Assembly (NCBI GenBank): GCA_963766715.1
Contig: CAVYBH010000004.1
Span: forward strand, 1 to 31,129
Direction: 5' to 3'
DNA length: 31,129 nt
Source: an uncultured delta proteobacterium
Lineage (GTDB): Bacteria; Myxococcota; Myxococcia; Myxococcales; Anaeromyxobacteraceae
Part shown: piece after piece, positions 22,167-30,745 of the stretch
Layout: each line of letters starts with the position of its first letter
Position numbering within the stretch: the stretch's first letter is position 1
Notes under the pieces: generated by a model
Told to the model about the DNA's origin: nothing
Database searches by the model: none
The model's input: only the letters and a program-made list of their open reading frames with translations
Program-made: the position numbers and the translations under genes

Positions 22167-23270
22167 ATGATCAGCCAGGCCGACCGCGACGTCTTCGAGA
22201 ACCTCTTCATCCTGGAGGTGGCCAACAACCACTGGGGCAGCGTCGAGCGCGGGCTCAAGATCATCCGCGATCACGCCACGGTGGTCCGCTACAACAACGT
22301 CCGCGCCGCCATCAAGCTGCAGTTCCGCGACGTGGACGGCTTCATCCACCCCGATTTCAAGGGGAGCCAGGACCTCCGCTACATCAAGAAGACCGAGGCC
22401 ACCAAGCTCTCCCGCGAGGACTTCGCGCGGCTGGTGCAGGAGATCCGGAGCTCGGCTGCATCCCGATGGCCACGCCGTTCGACGAGGCGTCGGTCGACCT
22501 GTGCGTCGAGTTCGACTTGCCCATCATCAAGGTGGCGAGCTCGGACCTGAACGACTGGCTGCTGCTCGAGAAGATCGCCTCGACGCGGCGCCCGGTCATC
22601 GTCTCCACCGGCGGGGCCTCGGAGAAGGACCTGGACGACCTGGTGAAGCTTCTTCGAGCGGCGCCACATCCCGCTGGCGGTGAACCACTGCGTCTCGCTC
22701 TACCCGTCGGAGGACGACGAGCTGGAGCTGAACCAGATCGACTACCTGCGGCGCCGCTACCCGGACCACGTCATCGGGCTGTCGACGCACGAGTACCACG
22801 ACTGGCACTCCTCGATGCTGATCAGCTACGCAAGGGCGCGCGCACCTGGGAGCGCCACGTGGACATCGAGGCACGACGGCAAGGAGGTCTCCTCCTACTG
22901 CTCGCTCCCGGAGCAGACCGACGGCTGGTTCAAGGCCTTCCACAAGGCCCGCGGAGATGTGCGGCGGCTCGGGCGACTCCCAGCGCGTGGTCACCCGCAA
23001 GGAGACCGAGTACCTCGACGCGCTGGTCCGCGGCGTCTACGCGAGGCGCGACCTGGGACGGACTACGTGTTCTCCAGCGACACCTTCGACAGGGACTTCT
23101 ACCTGGCCATCCCGCTGCAGAAGGGGCAGCTCTCCTGCCGGGAGGTGATGAACGGCGAGAAGCTCGTCCTCGCCATCCAGGCCAACGAGCCGCTCACCAT
23201 CAACCACATCGACGGCCCGTACAACGAGAACGCCACCCTGCGGTCGCTCATCCTGGCCCGCGGGATATGA
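22167..23270 (+). CDS. NeuB/SpsE-family PEP-dependent ulosonate synthase with C-terminal SAF-like domain
   Basis: SD GGAGG. 'ILEVANNHWG', 'AIKLQFRD', 'ATPFDEASVD', 'IKVASSD', 'PVIVSTGG', 'HCVSLYP', 'IGLSTHE', 'ERH', 'RGVYARRDL'. Multiple frameshifts. Confidence 0.88.
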
Positions 23271-23274
23271 GGCG

Positions 23275-24398
23275 TCAGCCCGGGATGGCGTAGAGGACGC
23301 TGTCGAAGCCCTGGTGGGCGTGGCTCCGGAGGTAGAACCGGTAGCCCAGGTCCCAGCTCGCGAGCAGCCGGGGGATCGACCAGACGTGCTGGGGGCGTGG
23401 TAGACGCACATCGCCAGTCCGGGGCGGGTGGCGGTGATGGTCTTCCGGGCGCCCAGGAGCGCGTCCTCCTCGGCCCCCTCGATGTCCATCTTGATCAGGT
23501 TGGGGCGGAAGCCGTGCAGGCTCTCGTCGAGGGAGACGCACTGGATGGTGACCGAGCCGTCGGCGGAGATGGCGGAGCCCGCGCCGTCGCCCGCCGAGAA
23601 GCGGACCTGGGCGGTCGAACCGAGGACGCCGCAGGGCACCGCGAAGGCGTCGGTCTCCGGGAACTCCGCCAGGCACTCGACCAGCCGGGCGAAGTTGGCC
23701 GGGTCGGGCTCGAAGGCGGCCACCGCCTCGACGCGGAGCGCCGCGCCGCCGCGCGGCCAGCAGCGTGTCGCCGGCGTAGGCGCCGGCGTCGACCAGGCGG
23801 AGGGGCGCGCCCCAGGGCGGGAGGTCGCCCGGGAAGTACTGGTCCTCGAGGGTGTTGTGGTCGGCGGGGCGGGCAAAGGCCACCTCGCCCCCGATCCGGT
23901 AGCGCCAGAGGTCGAGGTAGACGCGGCGGCTCTTCTCGTCGGCAGAACAGCTCGGGCGTCTCCAGGATCTCGTCCCGGCTGCCGAGGTAGGCGGGGAGCG
24001 CGGCAAGCCAGTAGCGGGTTCGGGGGGCCGGAGCGTCGAGAGGCGGTGGTAGGCCTCGACGGGCGTCAGCACCTCCCGAAAGCCGGCCGTCGCGGAGCCC
24101 CTTCACGATGGGGCCGATGTCCACCATCGGGTTGAAGACCCCGATCACCGCGGTGAGGCCGCCCCCGAGCGCGCCGGCCTCGGAGGGCGGCACCACCTTC
24201 CAGGGAAGTCGCTCGGGCGGCGACTGGTCGACGAAGGCGTGCACCCGGCGGCCGGCCCGCTCGAGCAGCTCGCCCAGGCCGCGGCCGAACTGGCCCGCGC
24301 CGTAGACCACCACGTCCCGGGGAACCGCCCCGGGCGAGGCCGGCGCCCCAATCGAGCAGCTCGGCGAGTGAAGCGCGAAGGGCGGCGGGCTCGGTCAT
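23275..24398 (-). CDS. FkbM-family methyltransferase with N-terminal Rossmann-like segment
   Basis: 'VVVYGAGQFG', 'EDQYFP', 'VDAGAYAGDT', 'AFEPDPANF', 'LIKMDIEGAEEDALLGA', 'LAMCVYH', 'FYLRSH..SVLYA'. Multiple frameshifts. Confidence 0.85.
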
Positions 24399-24451
24399 GG
24401 GCGGGGAATCCTTGGAGGACGAGGCCGAGAGAGTATATTCCAGGAGTCCAC

Positions 24452-25336
24452 ATGCCCATGCGCGTCCTCGTCACCGGATCGAGCGGCTTCATCGGACGGA
24501 ACCTCGTCGAGAGCCTCTCCCGGGACCACGTGGTGCTCGCCCCCCGCCACGCCGAGCTCGACCTGCAGGACGGCGACGGCCGTGGCCCGCTACCTCGAGG
24601 CCGCCCGGGTGGACGCGGTGGTCCACTCGGCCACCAAGCCCGGCCACCGCAACGCCCGGGACCCGTCCGGCCTGGTGGAGGCGAACACGCGCATGTTCGC
24701 CAACCTGACGCGGCGCCCGGCGCTCTGCGGCCGGGTGGTGCTGCTCACCTCGGGCTCGTCTACGACCCGCGCTTCTACGAGCCGAAGATGCGCGAGGAGT
24801 ACCTCGGCGAGCACATCCCGGCCGACGAGGGAGGGTACTCGAAGTACCTGTGCGCCCGCCTCGCCGAGGGGGTTCCAGGCGCCGTCGAGCTGCGCCCGTT
24901 CGGCGTCTTCGGTCCGCACGAGGACTGGGAGATCCGCTTCATCTCGAACGCCATCTGCAAGTGCCTCCACGACCTGCCCATCACGCTGCGCCAGGATCGC
25001 CGCTTCGACTACGTCTGGGTGGACGACCTCACCGAGGTGATCCGGCGCGCGCTCGGCGGGGAGCTGCCAGCCGGCGCCTACAACGTGACCCCCGACGAGG
25101 CGATGCCGCTCCGGGTGCTCGCCGAGAAGGTCCGGCGCGCCTCGGGGAAGGACGTGGAGATCCAGGTGGCCCAGCCGGGAATGGGAGTGGAGTACAGCGG
25201 CTCGAACGAGCGGCTGCGCCGGGCGCTGCCCGGCCTCGCCTTCACGGATGTCGACGAGGCCATCGGGAGGCTGTATCGGTGGTACGAGGCGAGGCGCGGC
25301 CAGGTGAGGCGCGAGGCGCTCCTCTCCGACAAGTGA
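24452..25336 (+). CDS. NAD-dependent epimerase/reductase (extended SDR, candidate YerF-like reductase)
   Basis: 'RVLVTGSSGFIGRNL', 'ELDL', YxxxK 'YSKY' region ('GGYSKYLC'), 'LRPFGVFGP', 'FDYVWVDDL'. TATATT and AGGAG upstream. Frameshifts near 24578 and 24752. The YerF role is inferred from context only. Confidence 0.8.
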   Translation: MPMRVLVTGSSGFIGRNLVESLSRDHVVLAPRHAELDLQDGDGRGPLPRGRPGGRGGPLGHQARPPQRPGPVRPGGGEHAHVRQPDAAPGALRPGGAAHLGLVYDPRFYEPKMREEYLGEHIPADEGGYSKYLCARLAEGVPGAVELRPFGVFGPHEDWEIRFISNAICKCLHDLPITLRQDRRFDYVWVDDLTEVIRRALGGELPAGAYNVTPDEAMPLRVLAEKVRRASGKDVEIQVAQPGMGVEYSGSNERLRRALPGLAFTDVDEAIGRLYRWYEARRGQVRREALLSDK

Positions 25337-25366
25337 CGAGCGGCGCCCCGGCGGCGCGGAGGCGGC

Positions 25367-26349
25367 ATGTCCCGGAAGACCCTGACCATCCTCACCCCCT
25401 GCTACAACGAGGAGGACAACGTGGCGGAGCTGGTCCGCCGCGTTCGCGAGGTCATGGCCGGCCTTCCCGCCTACGACTACGAGCACCTCTTCGTCGACAA
25501 CCGGTCCACGCGATCGCACGGTGGAGAAGGTGAAGGGGTTCGCGGCCACCGACCGGCGCATCAAGCTCATCGTGAACGTCCGCAACTTCGGCCACATCCG
25601 CTCGCCGTACCACGGCCTGCTCCAGGCGCGGGGCGACGCGGTGGTGGCCATGGCGTCCGACCTCCAGGACCCGCCCGAGCTCATCCCCCAGTTCGTGCGC
25701 AAGTGGGAGGAGGGGTTCCCGGTGGTGGTGGGCGTGAAGACCGCCAGCCAGGAGAGCTGGCTCGTCTACAACCTGCGCGGCCTCTACTACAGGACGCTGA
25801 AGCGCTACGCGAGCGTGGAGCTGCTCGAGCACTTCACCGGCTTCGGCCTCTACGACCGGAAGGTGGTGGAGGTGCTGCGATCGCTGCGCGAGCCGTACCC
25901 GTACTTCCGCGGCCTGATCTCGGACCTGGGGTTCGACATGGCCCGGATCGAGTTCACGCAGCCGCTGCGCAAGCACGGGAAGACGAAGGCCAACTTCCCG
26001 GTCCTGCTCGACATGGCGCTCCTCAGGACTCACGAACCACACCAAGGTCCCGCTCCGGCTGGCCACGCTCATCGGCTTCGTGGCCGCCATGTTCTTCCTG
26101 CTCGCCGGCGTGGCCTACCTGGTGGCGAAGCTCCTCTTCTGGAACACCTTCACGGCGGGCACGGTGCCGGCCATGATCGGGATCTTCTTCCTGGGCTCGA
26201 TCCAGCTGCTCTTCCTGGGGCTCATCGGCGAGTACGTGGGGACCATCTTCACCTACGTGCAGGGGCGGCCGCTCGTCATCGAGCGGGAGCGGGTGAACTT
26301 CGACGACGACGCAGGGGGCGGCGGGGAAGGGCCCGGATCCCCGGGATGA
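25367..26349 (+). CDS. GT2 polyprenyl-phosphate glycosyltransferase (GtrB/DPM-synthase-like)
   Basis: 'LTILTPCYNEEDNV', 'FVDNRST', 'RNFGHIRS', 'SDLQDPPELI', 'YFRGLISDLGF', two C-terminal TM helices, 'LGLIGEYVG..RPLVIERERVNF'. Frameshifts near 25510 and 26025. Confidence 0.9.
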
Positions 26350-26766
26350 GCGGGACGCTCGCCAGGCTGCGCGAGCACCGGCTGTGGCAGCCGGTGAGCT
26401 ACCTGGCCGTGGGCGGGTGGAACACGCTCTTCGGGGTGGGGCTCTTCACGCTCGCCTACCGCTGGCTGGGCGCCTCGGTGAACTACCTCGCCCTGCTCGC
26501 CGCGTGCAACGTGCTCGCCATCACCAACGCCTTCCTCTGCTACAAGCTGCTCGGTCTTCCGCACCCGCGGGGACTGGCTGCGCGAGTACGCGCGCTTCTG
26601 GGGCGTGTACGGGGCGTCGTCGCTCGTGGGGTTCGGGCTGGTGGCGCTGCTCGTCCAGGCGGCGGGGATGTCGCCGGTGACGGCCAACTTCCTGGCGACC
26701 GGGGTGGTGGTGGCCGCCGGCTTCGCCGGGCACAAGTGGATCTCCTTCGGGGGGAAGAAGGCATGA
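26346..26766 (+). CDS. GtrA-family flippase-like membrane protein
   Basis: About 140 aa with 4 TM helices: 'YLAVGGWNTLFG', 'NAFLCYKL.VFR', 'GHKWISF'. ATGA-coupled on both sides; frameshift near 26550. Confidence 0.85.
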
Positions 26767-27526
26767 GCCGCGTCGAGATGGTGCGAACGTCGAGGATCCC
26801 CTGGCTCGAGGTGGCGAGAGCCGTCACGCCTCCGTTCCTCTGGCAGGCGCTCTACCGGCGAGTTCGTGGTGCGCGACATCCCTGACGCCTGGAAGGTACC
26901 GGCTGTTCTACTCGCCCTGGCTCGAGCCCGGGTTCGCGGCCCTCCACGAGCAGGTTCGCCCGTTCACGCTCTGCCCGATCGCGAGCTGCTGGACGCTCCA
27001 CAACATGCTGCTCCAGGCCCTGAACGCGCCCGGCGACGTGGTGGGGGACAGGCGGTGTCTTCCAGGGCGGGACGGCGCTCCTGCTCAAGAAGACGATGGG
27101 ACCCGGAGGGCGGAGGACGGAGGCTCCGCCTCTTCGACTCCTTCGAGGGAATGGCGTCCGCCACCCAGGGGCTCGACCGCCACCGGGCGGGCGACTTCGC
27201 CGACACCTCGCTGGAAGGCGTGAAGCGCGTGGTGGGGATGGAGCCCTTCATCGACTACCGGAAGGGCTGGATCCCGGAGACCTTCGCCGGGCTCGAGGAG
27301 GCGCGCTTCTGCTTCGCGCACGTGGATCTCGACCTCCACCAGAGCATCCTCGACTCGCTCGCGTTCCTCTACCCGCGGCTGTCGCTGGGTGGCGTCCTCG
27401 GTGTTCGACGACTACGGGTACGCGTCGTGCCCGGGCGCCCGGAGGGCCGTGGAGGACTTCTTCGCCGGCAAGCCGGAGCGGCCGCTGGCCCTCCAGACTG
27501 GACAGGCGCTGGTGGTCAAGGTGTGA
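26763..27526 (+). CDS. TylF/MycF/NovP-family sugar O-methyltransferase
   Basis: '[10 protein letters not shown]', '[12 protein letters not shown]', 'KGWIPETF', '[11 protein letters not shown]', '[22 protein letters not shown]', '[10 protein letters not shown]'. Several frameshifts. Confidence 0.85.
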
Positions 27527-28525
27527 GGGAGGTGCGGTACCACTCCGCCGCCGCGCCAGCCCGTCGGCCACCGTGACCTCGGGCTCGTATCCCGAGCAGC
27601 GTCCGCGCCCGCGAGACGTCGGCCAGCGAGTGCCTCACGTCGCCGGCTCGCGCCTCCCGGTGCATCGGCCGCACCGTCGCCGCCTCCGGCCGGAAGCGCG
27701 CCACCTGCGCGCGGATCCCCTCGAAGAGCTGGAGCAAGCGTCGTCCGGTCGCCCACCGCCACGTTGTAGACCTTGCCCAGGGCCTCCGGGTTCGTCGTGG
27801 TCGCCGCGAGCAGGTTCGCCTGGACGACGTTGTCCACGTAGCAGAAGTCGCGGCTCGTCTCCCCGTCGCCGTTCACGAAGACGGGCTTCCCCGTCGAGCA
27901 GGCTCTGGAACCAGAGCGGGATGACGGCGGCGTACGGGCCGTTCGGGTCCTGCCGGGGCCCGAAGACGTTGAAGTAGCGCAGCCCGAGCAGCTCGAGCCC
28001 GTAGGCCTGGCCGAAGGCGTGGGCGTAGAGCTCGTCGGCGTACTTGGTCACCGCGTACGGGGAGAGCTGGCGGCCCACGAGGTCCTCCACCTTCGGCAGG
28101 CCCGGGTGGTCGCCGTAGACCGAGCTGGAGCTGGCGTAGACGACGCGGCGGACGCCCGCCTCCCGTGCAGCCCAGAGGACGTTCAGGAAGCCGGTGACGT
28201 TCGCGGCGTGGGTGGCGAGCGGATCCTCGATGGACCGCGGAACGCTCCCCAGCGCGGCCTGGTGGAGGATCAGGTCGACGCCCTTGGCCGCGCGCCGGCA
28301 GGTGTCCAGGTCCCGGATGTCTCCCTCGACGAGCTCGAGACCGGGACTCGTGTCCTCGGGAGGCCTCGTCGAGGTTGCTCCGGTGGCCGGTGACGAAGCT
28401 GTCGAGGACGCGGACTCGCTGGCCCAGGCCGAGGAGCGTCTCCACGAGGTGGGAGCCGATGAAGCCGGCGCCGCCCGTGACGAGCCAGGTGCGGCGCGAC
28501 GGCCGGAATGCGCGGAGAGGTTCAG
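27516..28525 (-). CDS. wbpP: UDP-GlcNAc(A) C4-epimerase (WbpP/TviC-like)
   Basis: '[16 protein letters not shown]', '[12 protein letters not shown]', '[19 protein letters not shown]', 'SPYAVTKY', '[22 protein letters not shown]', '[12 protein letters not shown]', 'GDVRHSLAD'. Start codon not identified (approximate); several frameshifts. Confidence 0.9.
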
Positions 28526-28537
28526 CGGACCCGAGGC

Positions 28538-29864
28538 CTAGGCCTTCACGATGCGCGGTCCGCCGCCGCGACGGGAAGAGGGGCGCCACGATGTTGCGCG
28601 TGTCCACCACCAGCTTCGCGCTCCGGTAGAGCGAGGCGTCCTTGAAGGGCTCGTGGGCGGTGGCCACGAGCACCGCGTCGTACTTGCCGAAGGTGTCGGC
28701 GTCGCACGGGACGGTCTTCAGGCCCACGTCCACCTTGCGCCCCTTGCGCGCCTCCGGGAAGAACGGGTCGCAGTAGTCCACGATCGCGCCCGACTCGCGG
28801 AGGAGCTCGATGATCTCGTAGGAGGGCGACTCGCGGTCGTCGTCGATGTTGGCCTTGTAGGCGAGCCCGAGCACGAGGACCTTCGAGCCCTTGATGGGCT
28901 TCGAGTCGTCGTTCAGCGCGTGCGGCGACCTTCGCCACCACCCACCGGGGCATGCTGGTGTTGATCTCGCCCGCCAGCTCCACGAAGCGCGCCCACTGCC
29001 CGTGCTCGGCCGCCTTCCAGGAGAGGTAGAAGGGGTCGAGCGGGATGCAGTGACCGCCCAGGCCCGGGCCCGGGTAGAAGGGCATGAAGCCGAAGGGCTT
29101 CGTCTTGGCGGCCTCGATGACCTCCCAGACGTCGATGTCCATCCGGTCGAAGACGGTCTTCAGCTCGTTCACGAGCGCGATGTTCACCGAACGGAAGACG
29201 TTCTCGAGGAGCTTGGCCGACTCGGCCACCCGCGCGCGACGAGACCGGCACCACCTTGGCGACGCCGGTCCGGTAGAGGGCCACGGCCAGCTCGGTGGAG
29301 TCGGCGTCCACCCCGCCCACGACCTTGGCGGTGGTCTTCGTGTCGAAGTCCTTGCGGCCCGGGTCCTCGCGCTCGGGCGAGAAGGCGAGGAAGAAGTCGC
29401 GCCGGCACTTGAGGCCGCTCGTCTCCAGGATGGGGAGGAGCTCCTCGTCGGTGGTGCCCGGGTAGGTGGTCGACTCGAGGATGCACCAGCTGACCCTTGC
29501 GGAGCCGCTTCGCGATCTCCCGCCCGGTGGCGTGGATGTAGGAGTTGTCCGGCTCGCGGTGGTCGCCCAGCGGCGTGGGCACGCAGATGGCGATGGCGTC
29601 GCAGTCGCGCAGCCCCTCGAAGTCGGTGGTGGCCTGGTACTTGCCGCTCCTCACCGCGGCGGCGACCCGCTCGGCCCCGATGTGCTTGATGAAGGACTCG
29701 CCCTTGCGGAGCGCCTCCACCTTGCGGGGGTCGAGGTCGAAGCCGGTGACCCGGAAGCCCGCCTCGTGGAAGAGGAGGGCCAGGGGGAGGCCGACGTAGC
29801 CCTGGCCGATGATGCCGATGCGGGCGCTGCGGTCGTGGATCCGGGCGAGAAGTCCGTTCTTCAT
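28538..29864 (-). CDS. wbpA: UDP-N-acetylhexosamine 6-dehydrogenase (WbpA-like nucleotide-sugar dehydrogenase)
   Basis: '[11 protein letters not shown]', 'CVPTPL', 'ESTTYPGTT', 'FSPEREDPG', '[17 protein letters not shown]', catalytic '[17 protein letters not shown]', '[15 protein letters not shown]', 'VVDTRN'. Stop TAG 28538-28540; several frameshifts. Confidence 0.9.
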
Positions 29865-29892
29865 GTGGGCGGATTGTAGGGCGAAACGGGGG

Positions 29893-30590
29893 TCAGAGGT
29901 TCAGCGAGCCCTTCAGGCCCACCTGGAACCAGCCGTGGAAGGAACGGGACGAGAGGTCGACCGCGCCGCCATACCCCTTCGCTGCCCCGCCGGCGAATAT
30001 GTTCGAGTAGATCCCGCCGACGTAACCGACGTAGGGGCCGAGGGCGAAGGCCCTCCCCAGGGCGAAGTCGAGCCCGGTCTGGACGTTCACGACCTCCCAG
30101 CCGCTCCAGGTCACGCCGCTCGACTGGGTGGCGGTGTCGACCGAGTAGTGCGTCCACTCCCATCCCGTACCAAAGCTGAACCAGGGTCGGAGGGGGCCGT
30201 CCGGGAGGAAGCCGTAGACGAGCTCGAGACCAGTGCGCATGTCGTAGCCGGTGCAACTCGCGCCCGAGGTGCAGGTGGCGGAGGCCACGAAGGCGGGGGC
30301 GTACTGGAAGTACACGCCCAGGGAGATGTTCGGGGTGACGAGATAGCGCGCCGCCAGCTCGACCGGGATCGCCCCGGACCAGGCTCCCGACATGGGGACG
30401 GCGCCGCCGGTGGCGACGCTGGCGTTCTCGGCGTTTCCGACGGGAATCGCGTACCCGGCCTTGAAGTCAAGGGCCACCTGGGCATTTGCCGGGTGGCCAA
30501 CGAGGATGGCCGCGGACGCCCCCGCCGATGGACCGCCCCGACCCGGACACGCTCCACGAAAAGGCGAAGGTCCCGAAACCACCGGGTCAC
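29893..30590 (-). CDS. Small outer-membrane beta-barrel protein (OmpA/OmpW-like membrane domain)
   Basis: Signal-like 'AAILVGHPANA|QVALDFKAGY', alternating aromatic beta-strands ('ISLGVYFQY', 'PWFSFGTGWEW', 'FALGPYVGY'), C-terminal strand 'HGWFQVGLKGSLNL', Cys pair CTSGASC. Start uncertain (GTG 30590 with a frameshift, or in frame upstream). Confidence 0.7.
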
Positions 30591-30703
30591 CGCGTGTTCT
30601 GGAGCTTTGCACGACGGTGACCCCGGTCGCGCGCTGCATCCATCCGGGACAAAGACCCACCCCGGCACGTGTCTTGCAGAGCCTCCCGGTTCATGCCCGG
30701 ACG

Positions 30704-30733
30704 CTTTACTTGCCTCGATCCGCGGACGTACAA
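30704..30733 (+). promoter_or_regulatory. Bipartite motif CTTTACT-N16-CGTACAA (putative promoter of wzb)
   Basis: CTTTACT at 30704-30710 and CGTAC at 30727-30731, 14 nt before ATG 30746. Preceded by ATGCCCGGA. Confidence 0.65.
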
Positions 30734-30745
30734 GAATCGACCCCT

